Assembly: GCA_002269645.1 (NCBI GenBank)
Contig: NIVC01003515.1
Span: forward strand, 30,006 to 94,005
Source: Macrostomum lignano
Lineage: Eukaryota
DNA: 64,000 nucleotides
Direction of reading: 5' to 3'
In this document: positions 37,101-48,703 of the stretch, in pieces
How the letters are laid out: the number at the start of each line of letters is the position of its first letter
Position numbering within the stretch: the stretch's first letter is position 1
The notes under the pieces: model-generated
Told to the model about the DNA's origin: nothing
Database searches by the model: none
What the model saw: the letters and a program-made list of their open reading frames with translations, nothing else
Position numbers and translations under genes: made by a program

Positions 37101-38591
37101 CGGCCGAATGACGTCAGAATGAGCAACATGAGAAATAGGGAAATTGCGCAATCCGGAGGTGGGGTGGGGGGATAATTGGCGCAGCGGGTGGTCGCGAAAG
37201 TGTTGCGCAAGCAAACATGGAGAACAATGGGGTTGGGGTCGATAACAAAGGATTTAAAAATCGGGATAATTGGGGAGAATCGAGAACAATAGAAAAGCAA
37301 ACATTGGGGAAAAGGTGATAATTAGGTGCGAAAACGAGAACAAAAGAAAGAGAAAATCGGAGAAAATGTGATAATTGGTGGGGGTCGAGAGAACAAAAGA
37401 ATAAAAAACGAGAACAATAGAAGCGGAGGTGGGGTGGGTGTCGCATGAGAAATTTGGGGAGGAGAACAATAGCATGAGAAATGGTTGCGCAAGAGAGGGG
37501 GATGAGTCATCGAGGGGAAGAAGGGGTCACACGACTTGCGTCACCGTTTGGGAGTTTGGGAAAGGATGGGAGGTCGGTGAGCACACAAAATACTGTAAGT
37601 AGACTCAGAGAAAGAGGGGACAGCGCAGGAAAATAGTGCAGAGAGAGACAAAAAGAGGGGGGATAGGGAAAGTACAAGAAGACTAGGGTGGAGCGCAGGG
37701 GAGATAAGGTAGAGGGGGGGTACAGAGAGGGATAGGGAGCTCCGGAAAGGCAGGTGTGGCGGCAAGGGAGACGGAGCCAAGGCAGCAGGAGGGTGCAGCA
37801 GAGCGGGAGTCTCCAGGCCTGGCCGGAGGCCTGGCCGAGTCTCGACAGCTCTGTGCAGGGGAGGTGCACGGGATAGGAGGCACTTTCGAAAAAGTTCCCA
37901 TGCCCTATCCCGCGACCAGAGCGTGGTTACATCAAGTGGACATTTAATACCGGTAAAAAATTAAGTGTTTTGAAAAGGGTCGAGGGAGTGAGTTGAGTGC
38001 AACTTAAAGCCAGGGAAGGGGATGGATGCAATTAAGGTGGGTGCGGTGCATTTTAGAATCAGGGAGTGAGGTGGATCCAATTTAGAGCCAGGGAGTGAGA
38101 TGGTTGCAACTTAAAGCCAGGGAGTGAGGTGGGTGTACGGAGAGCTAGGGAGTGAGGTGTGTGCATGGAGAGCCAGGTAGTAAGGTGGGTGCACGGAAAG
38201 CTTAAGTTTAGCTATATAGACTGCTGCGTCAAGTTTCGCTATCAAAATTCCACCAACTTCTATTAAATTCGTTCATTGTAATTTTCAGGTTCGTGAAGAC
38301 TGGAAATTTGTAGCCACAGTGTTGGACAGACTATTCCTGTGGATATTCACAGCTGCTTGCATAATTGGTGAGTAATTACATGCCATTTAACAGTAATTAT
38401 AGAACAGAATGCTTTAAATTAATCCAAATGGTTCACTTCACACGCCAGGCACCCTGGGCATCATTCTACAGTCAAATGCGCTCTACGACAACCGTGTGGC
38501 CATCACCTCGGCCAATGTTCCTAGCCGAGTAAACCTGCGATTCGAAGACAGGCAAACTGGCCGAAATGCGTCTTTTGTCATCAATATTTGA
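28143..38591 (+). CDS. Nicotinic acetylcholine receptor alpha subunit (cation-selective type), ~599 aa. Exons: 28143-28224, 28868-29022, 31261-31305, 31385-31494, 32152-32333, 32409-32585, 33464-33885, 35249-35653, 38289-38367, 38449-38591
   Basis: It has a signal peptide, [21 protein letters not shown], the Cys-loop [15 protein letters not shown], loop B WTYDG, vicinal cysteines YYPCC, M1-M3 ([21 protein letters not shown]) and M4 ([18 protein letters not shown]). All splice phases are consistent (1800 nt in total). Confidence 0.95.
28480..28830. repeat. 32-nt minisatellite cacccaccccagatttctctaccccactgcaa
   Basis: Tandem copies ending just before the exon-2 acceptor. Confidence 0.93.
30112..31190. 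repeat. 16-nt minisatellite gagattagataactagt with an internally duplicated variant block
   Basis: Tandem copies; the block ~30350-30540 recurs at ~30840-31030. Confidence 0.95.
31555..32017. repeat. ~40-50-nt G-rich minisatellite (gagggtcctgaaaagccagggcgtgaggtgggtgctttgggggcagagt)
   Basis: Tandem copies. Confidence 0.9.
32597..33440. repeat. CAGATCC-based 7/16-nt minisatellite filling an nAChR intron
   Basis: It runs from just after the donor to just before the acceptor. Confidence 0.95.
34620..34940. repeat. ~20-nt minisatellite gaggtgggtgtataaggagt
   Basis: Tandem copies. Confidence 0.88.
35756..37934 (-). mobile_element. Probable solo LTR (Ty3/gypsy-like), 2179 bp, antisense within an nAChR intron
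   Basis: The termini TGATGTAACC...GGTTACATCA form a 10-bp perfect inverted repeat, flanked by a 4-bp direct repeat AGTG (35752-55 and 37935-38). Pol II promoter motifs lie on the minus strand. No gag/pol is recognisable. Confidence 0.75.
37035..37116 (-). promoter_or_regulatory. LTR promoter: TATAAAAG (37035-42), CCAAT (37092-96), CRE TGACGTCA (37109-16)
   Basis: The canonical motifs are in correct order and spacing on the minus strand; function is inferred. Confidence 0.6.
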
Positions 38592-39814
38592 TTATGCTGG
38601 TGCGTAAGAAGCTTAACAGATTAACTGCAATGAGATTACCGGGTGCCCTACTAACTTACAAGTAAATCGGCACTAACTGGCTTAACCTATCGTGCGTACA
38701 GTCCGCCAGAGAGGGACGAAATTAAGTGTGAACTCGTCACGCTATTTTGGTGGCCTACGGGACGGGAATCAATGTACATTGATGCTCCTGTGCCAGGCAG
38801 CGTACATTAGCCACTGGGGGCTGTGAGGAGGGATGAAATTCAATGTACATTGATGCTCCTAGGCTCCTGGGGTAACCCCCGCGCGAGGATGAGCGGAACA
38901 AAAATCAGTGTACATTCATGCTCCTGTTGTAATGTACATTAGCCAATGATTTAGTGTACACAAATTTCAGTGTACATAATTGATTCTGTCAGACTGCTTA
39001 AAGTGAATGTATTTTTCTCACAATTTCCTCAATTTTTGTGGTTTCTTTTTACATGTACTTAAAAACGTAATCAGCTAACTAAACTATTCATTAAAATATT
39101 CTAATTAATATTATATATAAACTGCAAAAATATTACTAAACCATATTTATCAAATTTTAATGTCATCTGTACTGAAATAACCTTGTTTTTACGTGGAAAC
39201 AAAACTTTTTTTCACATTGTTTCAATCATGTTACTGGGAAGTTTACTAAAAAATAATTATCCATCGAATTTGTATTGCGAAGAAACAAGTTACAAAAATA
39301 GACACTTTTCTAGAATCAGAATAGCAATGAACTCAAAATGACAGGTAAAAAACACTCAAACAAAATACTTGATTAAAACTGAATTTTAGTGCACAGTTGA
39401 AAAAATGATTTCAGAAATCAATAAATTGGCTCGATAAGAAATATAACTTTAATCATTATAATTATGAAGTTCACCGATAAGAAATACTTATCGTGCTATT
39501 CCAATTCCAATTGTTTGTGGAATGCAGCTAACGAGAGAACTTTATTTGAAGAGTATAAAAAGTAAAAAATAAACAAAAGTACACAAAAATTACTACTGAA
39601 AGATTGCAGTGTACTTCTGGATATGATTAACAATATGCATGTGGAGATTGATTGCTTTGGGCGCTTTTCGAGTGCTTATAATTGTTTATTGTTGATCAAG
39701 TAGTTAATACTGTATTTACTCATGGTTCAGTGGTTTGTGTTACAATGGACATGGTACGATATGGAAGCCAAATGTAATTTTAGGGTAAAAAATGGGAACT
39801 AAATGTACTTTGAG

Positions 39815-40185
39815 CTTTGGAGTGGAAGGAAGAAGCTAAATGTACACTCCGGGTAAGGAAGGGAGAAGCTAAATGTACACTCCGGGTAAGGAAGGGAGAA
39901 GCTAAATGTACATTCCGGGTAAGGAAGGAGAAGCTAAATGTACATTCCGGGTAAGGAAGGAGAAGCTAAATGTACATTCCGGGTAAGGAAGGGAGAAGCT
40001 AAATGTACATTCCGGATAAGGAAGGGAGAAGCTAAATCTACACTCCGGGTAAGGAAGGAGAAGCTAAATGTACATTCTGGGTAAGGAAGGAAGAAGCCAA
40101 ATGTACACTCCGGGTAAGGAAGGAAGAAGTTAAATGTACATTCCGGATAAGGAAGGGAGAAGTCAAATGTACATTCCGGCTTGTG
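39815..40185. repeat. ~31-nt minisatellite agaagctaaatgtacattccgggtaaggaagg
   Basis: Tandem copies downstream of the OSTM1 stop. Confidence 0.9.
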
Positions 40186-40304
40186 GATGAGGTAGGGAAA
40201 ATTAATTGCACTATCAAGACAATAAAAAAGTCAATTCTGGACACCAAATGAACAATCTGCAGGCAAGAAATGAAACCTGTGATTATAACAAAATTGCGAT
40301 TTAT

Positions 40305-42312
40305 TTAAGCACCGACGCTGCCCTGCAGAGACTGGCTGGCGGTCGGACTGCTTGGCGGCACTCGTTTCTGGCGCAATAGTCGCCGGTTTTTAATGACCTT
40401 CTGGCTACTGGCGCCAATGTAGAACAGAGCAGCAACCAGGTAGGTGGCCACAATTAGCGGCACGGGCTGCAGGCTGATACCCTGAGGATCGCATTTCAAC
40501 GTCTCGCCCCAGGCTCGCCGGGAGACGTTTAGAGCGTCTACGGCGTCCATGCACTGCTGCTGATCGTGGCCGAGTAGTTTGAAGCGCTCGTTCAGCTCGC
40601 GGTAGATGGACTTGCAGCCGCGGCAGACTTCACGAGACGAGTTTGAGCTGCTGCTGGCCTTACTAACTACCGGCAGGATCGGCGACTGAGTGTAGTTAGC
40701 AAAGCAGGCCCGCAGTTGGTCAACGTGGCGCAGGAATTCCGCCACGTCAGGCTGGTAGGACCAGCTGGAGGCGTTGCCGGGCCCGCCCGACTCCGTTAGA
40801 CAGTATTTGCAGCCGCCCGCCTTCCACAGCGAGTCCGCAAAGTCTCGAGTGCGTAGGAGCGTCTGGGGTGACGGTGGGAGACAGCTTGGCTTACTAATAA
40901 AGCACTGGAGTAGGTTTGATGAAGATATTTTGATTAAATTGAAGGAGATATTGCAGTAGGTTTGAGGGAGATATTGCAGTAGGTTTGAGGGAGATATTGC
41001 AGTAGGTTTGAGGGAGATATTGCGGTAGGTTTGAGGGAGATATTGCAGTAGGTTTGAGGGAGATATTGCAGTAGGTTTGAGGGAGATATTGCAGTAGGTT
41101 TGAGGGAGATATTGCAGTAGGTTTGAGGGAGATATTGCAGTAGGTTTGAGGGAGATATTGCGGTAGGTTTGAGGGAGATATTGCGGTAGGTTTGAGGGAG
41201 ATATTGCAGTAGGTTTGAGGGAGATATTGCGGTAGGTTTGAGGGAGATATTGCGGTAGGTTTGAGGGAGATATTGCGGTAGGTTTGAGGGAGATATTGCA
41301 GTAGGTTTGAGGGAGATATTGCGGTAGGTTTGAGGGAGATATTGCGGTAGGTTTGATGGAGATATTGCGGTAGGTTTGAGGGAGATATTGCAGTAGGTTT
41401 GAGGGAGATATTGCAGTAGGTTTGAGGGAGATATTGCGGTAGGTTTGAGGGAGATATTGCGGTAGGTTTGAGGGAGATATTGCGGTGGGTTTGAGGGAGA
41501 TATTGCGGTAGGTTTGAGGGAGATATTGCGGTAGGTTTGAGGGAGATATTGCGGTAGGTTTGATGGAGATATTGCGGTAGGTTTGAGGGAGATATTGCAG
41601 TAGGTTTGAGGGAGATATTGCAGTAGGTTTGAGGGAGATATTGCGGTAGGTTTGAGGGAGATATTGCGGTAGGTTTGAGGGAGATATTGCGGTGGGTTTG
41701 AGGGAGATATTGCGGTAGGTTTGAGGGAGATATTGCGGTAGGTTTGAGGGAGATATTGCGGTAGGTTTGAGGGAGATATTGCGGTGGGTTTGATGAAGAT
41801 ATTTGGATTAGATTGAGGGAGATATTGCAGTAGGTTTGAGGGGGATATTGCGGTGGTTTTGAGGGATATTGCAGTAGGTTTGTGATAGACAGAGATGCAG
41901 AGATAAGCTTGTGAGACTGATGTGATGTGACAGCATTGCAGCACGTTAGTAGATATTACAGCGGATGCTGTGTTTGACCACACAAGACAAAATAATGAGC
42001 TACATGATCATCAGTAGAGCCAGTCGGACCAACCTGCACGCTGTCTGACTGCAGCAGGTACTCAGAGCACTGCTCATATTCGGCCAGCTCTCTCATCAGC
42101 CCAGTCCAGCTAGCGTAGGCTTGGGCGCACCTGTGGCACAGGGCGAACGGGCGAGCCGCCTCGGCTGAGCACTCGGCGAGGTTGGCTGCCAAGGCCGCTA
42201 GCTGGCGCTGATAGGCCAAGCAGCTGTCGGTCAGCTCCGTCTGGAGCTGGGACAGGGACACCTGAGGAGCGGCTAGTAGTAGTAGCGACAGGAACAGAAA
42301 TAGTTGCTCCAT
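40305..42312 (-). CDS. OSTM1: Osteopetrosis-associated transmembrane protein 1 homolog, ~278 aa. Exons: 42312-42034, 40862-40305
   Basis: It has a signal peptide and a Cys-rich lumenal domain (CSAEAARPFALCHRC, CSEYLLQSDSVQ, LWKAGGCKYC, CRGCKSIYRELN, CMDAVDALN, WGETLKC). A single TM segment and a basic tail (RRLLRQKR) follow. The intron is phase-0 GT-AG. Confidence 0.88.
40915..41885. repeat. 23-nt minisatellite ttgagggagatattgcagtaggt filling the OSTM1 intron
   Basis: Tandem copies; source of the 349-aa artefact ORF. Confidence 0.96.
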
Positions 42313-42589
42313 TTGATGAAGCTGAGGATGCTGAAAATCAGTCTTGTATAAGTGAGACGCTACTGAAATTGTAATGCATATATAGTACATGTAAGATGTA
42401 CTTTTAAGGAATTCCACGAATTTCTAGATAGAGGCTTCTTGAGGAATTTTTGTCGACATTTATCACATTTATTAACAAAAAAGCTAAATAAGGTTGCTAA
42501 GGACGCTACAAGTAAATTAGAACAGCCTAGGACGCTGCATGTATAAATTGTTGCTATGGAAAATAGATAAACAGTTGCTAAATAAGCTA

Positions 42590-43145
42590 TACTGATTGTT
42601 GCTAAGAAACCTACAAAAATCGTTGCTACGGAACCTATATAAATTTTGCTGAGGCACCTACATAAATGGTTGCTAAGGAACCTACATAAATTGTTGCTAA
42701 GGAACCTACATAAATTGTTGCTAAGGCACCTACATAAATGGTTGCTAAGGAACCTACATAAATTGTTGCTGAGGAACCTACATAAATTGTTGCTGAGGAA
42801 CCTACATAAATTGTTGCTGAGGAACCTACATAATTTGTTGCTGAGGAACCTACATAAATGGTTGCTAAGGAACCTACATAAATTGTTGCTGAGGAACCTA
42901 CATAATGGTTGCTAAGGAACCTACATAAATTGTTGCTAAGGAACCTACATAATGGTTGCTAAGGAACCTACATAAATTGTTGCTAAGGAACCTACATAAA
43001 TGGTTGCTATTTACTAAGTAACCTACATAAATGATTGCTAAGGAACTTACATAAATGGTTACTAAGTAACCTACATAAATGATTGATAAGGAACCTACAA
43101 GTAAAAGACTGTTGCTAAGGAAGCTCCAAACGGTTGCTAAGGAAG
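42590..43145. repeat. ~24-nt minisatellite ttgctaaggaacctacataaattg
   Basis: Tandem copies decaying at both ends. Confidence 0.92.
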
Positions 43146-43470
43146 CTGTAAAGCCAATAATATATTATCAAGAATGCTTAAAAGTTAAGAAAAACAGTTG
43201 TAAAGACACATTCATTTCCTAAAAATAGCCAGTTACTAAGGACGCTACGGTTACTAAGGAATCTAGCCAAAAACCGTTAAAAAGGATTGAAATCGGAAGC
43301 TGTGAATTTTTTCAATACGTAGCAAAACATAAGACCAATAGTTAGACCCGGGGCCATGCAGCGAAAGTTTAATTGGCAGGGACATGCTGAGGATTCAGTG
43401 TCTGAGATACAAAAGACTGAAGAATTAAAAAACTATACAGAATTGCACCAAGATCGTGATTAAGAGTTTA

Positions 43471-44714
43471 GTACAAGACCTGCTAGTTGGGTATGGGGAT
43501 GTTTTAGGCCCTATTGGCCACTGTTGCATCCCCCAAACCAACAGTCAGCTGAAAGAGTAATCTTTGATGCATTAGATAGCAGTGGAATGGCTCTCCTTGG
43601 TGTTTTATGAGCCGCGTTATGGGAAAACTGCGAATTCCACTAAGTTAGGGAAAATGTCTATGGTGCCTGCGGCAGTTTTGCAGGGTCAGTCAGGGACAAG
43701 CTGTGCATGCGGCAGTTTTGCAGGGTCAGTCAGGGACAAGCTGTGCATGCGGCAGTTTTGCAGGGTCAGTCAGAGCTAAGCTGTGCCTGCGGCAGTTTTG
43801 CAGGGTCAGTCAGAGCTAAGCTGTGCCTGCGGCAGTTTTGCAGGGTCAGTCAGAGCTAAGCTGTGCATGCGGCAGTTTTGCAGGGTCAGTCAGAGCTAAG
43901 CTGTGCCTGCGGCAGTTTTGCAGGGTCAGTCAGGGACAAGCTGTGCATGCGGCAGTTTTGCAGGGTCAGTCAGGGTCAAGCTGTGCATGCGGCAGTTTTG
44001 CAGGGTCAGTCAGGGTCAAGCTGTGCATGCGGCAGTTTTGCAGGGTCAGTCAGGGTCAAGCTGTGCCTGTGGCAGTTTTGCAGGGTCAGTCAGGGACAAA
44101 CTGTGCATGCGGCAGTTTTGCAGGGTCAGTCAGGGACAAGCTGTGCATGCGGCAGTTTTGCAGGGTCAGTCAGGGACAAGCTGTGCATGCGGCAGTTTTG
44201 CAGGGTCAGTCAGGGTCAAGCTGTGCATGCGGCAGTTTTGCAGGGTCAGTCAGGGACAAGCTGTGCATGCGGCAGTTTTGCAGGGTCAGTCAGGGTCAAG
44301 CTGTGTATGCGGCAGTTTTGCAGGGTCAGTCAGAGCTAAGCTGTGCATGCGGCAGTTTTGCAGGGTCAGTCAGGGACAAGCTGTGCATGCGGCATTTTTG
44401 CAGGATCAGTCAGAGCTAAGCTGTGCATGCGGCAGTTTTGCAGGGTCAGTCAGGGACAAGCTGTGCCTGCGGCAGTTTTGCAGGGTCAGTCAGGGACAAG
44501 CTGTGCATGCGGCAGTTTTGCAGGGTCAGTCAGGGACAAGCTGTGCATGCGGCAGTTTTGCAGGGTCAGTCAGGGTCAAGCTGTGCCTGCGGCAGTTTTG
44601 CAGGGTCAGTCAGGGTCAAGCTGTGCATGCGGCAGTTTTGCAGGGTCAGTCAGGGTCAAGCTGTGCATGCGGCAGTTTTGCAGGGTCCCCATACCCAACA
44701 GGCAAACCTTGTAC
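43471..44714. mobile_element. Putative non-autonomous TIR element enclosing a 40-bp tandem array
   Basis: Segments 43471-43499 and 44686-44714 are 29-nt inverted repeats matching at 24/29 without gaps (14 contiguous). No TSD was found. Confidence 0.55.
43660..44686. repeat. 40-nt minisatellite gctgtgcatgcggcagttttgcagggtcagtcagggacaa
   Basis: Very homogeneous tandem copies. Confidence 0.97.
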
Positions 44715-44919
44715 CTGATAATTACAGCAATAATGATAAAAAATGCTTAGATAAAATTTTTATATAAAAAGTCCAGTCCATAATTGCTTTAATAAAACGC
44801 ACGAATTTAGTGGAATTTCGTTGAAAATATTTTCCTGCTAGCTCTACTCCAGCTGAACTTTGCTCTCATAATTAGGTTTATTGAACAATTTAGCTAGTTA
44901 CAAAATACCGTTACCATAG

Positions 44920-45303
44920 CTACGAAGACTTCAGTTTCGCGTTCTCAGTTTCCATAGCAACAGCAGGGCTACTATTAGTAGTATGCTGATGACAATGCAG
45001 CTCCGTTAGTCGGACCCGCTTCCCGTTACAGACGTCCACGCCGACTTCTGCTGCGTCATTGTCGGAGCTGAAGCTGTGGCGTTTTCTCGATTGCACAGAC
45101 CGCAGCCGCTGTTGCGACTGGGTCAGCAGGCGGCCCATGCGGTTTTGACGGTACACGCGCTGAGGTGGCCGCGGACTGACTTCTTCAGGCTGCTGCTGCT
45201 GCTGCTCCAGCTGTTCCTCTTTATAATTACTCTGCTTATGTTGATTGTCATCAGTGCCTTCCCAGCTGCCGTGGCCCCAGCAGCCATCGGCGTGGCCTGT
45301 CAT
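44920..45303 (-). CDS. Orphan ORF, 127 aa, low-complexity/basic, no recognised domain
   Basis: It is a GC-rich, non-repetitive island between AT-rich or repeat DNA, with an acceptor-like aattcaattcag two bases before the ATG. NLS-like motifs RKRH and KRVRL are present. Confidence 0.45.
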   Translation of the reverse strand: MTGHADGCWGHGSWEGTDDNQHKQSNYKEEQLEQQQQQPEEVSPRPPQRVYRQNRMGRLLTQSQQRLRSVQSRKRHSFSSDNDAAEVGVDVCNGKRVRLTELHCHQHTTNSSPAVAMETENAKLKSS

Positions 45304-45397
45304 GTCTGAATTGAATTGACAGATGGGTTGTGACTTAAAAAACTTTCCCTGTATAGAAAGGATGGACTTAAATAGATAGATGAATAGTTAGGTAGAT

Positions 45398-45547
<150 letters not shown>

Positions 45548-45549
45548 AG

Positions 45550-45820
45550 GCTGTTGCTAAGGAAGCGATGAAGCTGAAAGACCATTTGCAAAGGAAGCCA
45601 TGAAGCTTAAAACCCGTTGCTAAGGAAGCCATGAAGCTTAAAACCCGTTGCTAAGGAAGCGATGAAGCTGAAAGACCATTTGCTAAGAAAGCGATGAAGC
45701 TGAAAGGCCATTTGCTAAGAAAGCCATGAAGCTTAAAACCCGTTGCTAAGGAAGCCATGAAGCTAGAGCCCGTTGCTAAGGAAGTCATGAAACAAAAAGA
45801 TCGTTACTAAGGAAGCTATC
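45550..45820. repeat. ~31-nt minisatellite ttgctaaggaagccatgaagcttaaaacccg
   Basis: Tandem copies; it shares the TTGCTAAGGAA core with the 42.6-kb array. Confidence 0.85.
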
Positions 45821-46308
45821 AAGCCAACGATTAATGCTTACACTATAAAATATAAAGAACCCATTTTATTTTTTGTACTTTTTTGTTACAGAAATCGTTA
45901 TGTATAAATAAACATAAGTCAAAAAAGCAAGTAAACCATATTTTCTTATTCATTATTTTATACATTTTTTCAGCACAAATGCTTATAAGAGGCACACGTG
46001 ATTAGTAGTTAACAGCGTAACAATAGCTAACAGAAAATGCTCCTGTCTGATATTTTGACTACTATTTTGGTGAATAAAAAGAGAGTAGCCAAGTAGTGGT
46101 TTTCAAACCGAAAATTAAGACAGAAAAAAGACTACGAGTACTTAATTAATTTCAAGTATGAAAAATTCGCTACTTGGCTACTTGTGAATATTCACGAGAC
46201 AGTAGCCTGTAACGCACATAGTTGCGCAGTATTTTTATGCTTTAATCGCATCAGAAATGGAAATTACACACACAATGGCTTAATTATCGGCAGATTTTGA
46301 TTTTGGTT

Positions 46309-47873
46309 CTAATCGCAAGTCACACCCGGCCGCCCAGTCGGAGGCAGTTCCCGTTGAATCAGTACAGTCTCCTCCGCAAACCCGCGATCCTCGCCAGCAG
46401 GCGGCTCGCAGGCAGCTGAGCAGGTGTACACCAGAGCGGTGGCCAGATCCAGATGCTCAGCTATGCAGCTCGGCAGAGCAGTCAGCAGGCCGGGCATCAG
46501 CTGCAACTCAAAGCATCTGGCGGCGCCGCACAGCCGGCAGTCGGACACGGCAGCAGGATCCATGGGAGCAACCAGCAGAGGCCGACCGGACCATTGGTAG
46601 CGCAGCAGCTGGCCGGGGCACCGGGCCAGCCGATCGTAGAACTTCTGCTCCAGTCGGGTGAGCGCCTGGCCTTGCTCGTCCTCGCCGTTGTCGTCTGCAG
46701 CAACGCTACTGTCGCCGCCGCCGTTACCGACAACAGCAAATGACTGACTGGAGCTGCCAGATTCCGACATCGGCTGGCCCGTTGCGGCAAGCTCGGCCTC
46801 ATCAAAAACGGCCAGACGGCGGCATGGACTGTCCAGGGATGCCAGCTCGGTTAGTTCCAGCGTCTCGGCTGCTTCATCAGCTGCTTCAGCTTCCAATTCT
46901 TCCATCTCCATTGCCGGTGGTTGCAGTTCATCGACTGCGGCATCTGTCGTTTCTCCGTCGCCCCAATCGTCGGCCTCGTCGCCGCCCCAATCGGTGTAGC
47001 CAGCTGATGCGGCAGCTACTGCAGTAGCATTAGCCGAAGTCAGATTAGTTGAACTCGACCTGCAGGTGGATGCGCCATGGACAGATTTGTTTGATGTACA
47101 TGATCTACTTGATGTACATGATACATTTGATGTACATGATACATTTGATGTACATGACACATTTGATGTACATGATATACTTGATGTACAGAATACATTC
47201 TATGTAGATGATACATTTGATGTACATGATACATTTGATGTACATGATACATTTGATGTACAGGATACATTCGATGTACATGATGCGTTTGATCTACATA
47301 ATGTTTCATGTATCATGTACATTGAATGCACCATGTACATCCAAAGCATAATGTACATCAAATATATGTAATGTCTGTCTCAGTGTCTTTGTCTGTCTGT
47401 GTATATATTTGATGCAAATGATTTTGTTTGATGACATAATATAAATTTGACGTACAATGAGACACATGAAAAATCTATTCAACTTGCTCTCATGCACAGA
47501 ACATTACTCAAATTCCATTGGCAACTCACCTCTGCGATTCGCCGATGTCCAAGGCAAACTGAACTCTCAGACAGCGCAAAGGCGAAGCGCCATCAGACAG
47601 ACAGGCGCTATTCGAGCAAATCAAAAAGTACAACAGCCGGTGCGAGCTCAGGCCGAACAGCGAGCAGCTCAGCTGCATCAGATTGAACATCGGCTGGCCG
47701 CACCGGCCGCAGGTGGCCACCGTTGACGCGTTGAACCGGGCGGCCAGACGTCTGGGCAGGCGTAGGCGGCCGCCAATGGTGTTCTCCAGGTAGCTGCCGG
47801 ATGGCGCGTTTCCCTCCTGGCAGGTGTCAATCACTGCCAGGTAGGGGCTGTCCAGGTTGGCTGAAGATGTCAT
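46309..47873 (-). CDS. PDCD2L: Programmed cell death protein 2-like, ~364 aa. Exons: 47873-47530, 47059-46309
   Basis: The N-terminus has NTIGG...CGRCGQPMFNLMQ...HRLLYFLICSNSAC. The C-terminal PDCD2_C region reads KFYDRLARCPGQLLRYQWSGRPL...CRLCGAARCFELQLMP...VYTCSAAC. There is no MYND finger, and the phase-2 intron is consistent. Confidence 0.92.
47088..47370. repeat. 18-nt minisatellite tttgatgtacatgataca in the PDCD2L intron
   Basis: Tandem copies. Confidence 0.9.
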
Positions 47874-48065
47874 CTGTTTCATTGGGAATATTAGACACCA
47901 GTCACATTCTAATATCCAGTGACAATGCTGATTAACTAACTGCGACCTCATGTACGAGAATATTGAAACTATATAAAATCAATAAATACCCCAGGAACTT
48001 ATTTGAAGTGTATAAGTAAGGCGCGATCAAAACTACTAACGATAAACAAGCTACGTGTCACTAAG

Positions 48066-48703
<638 letters not shown>

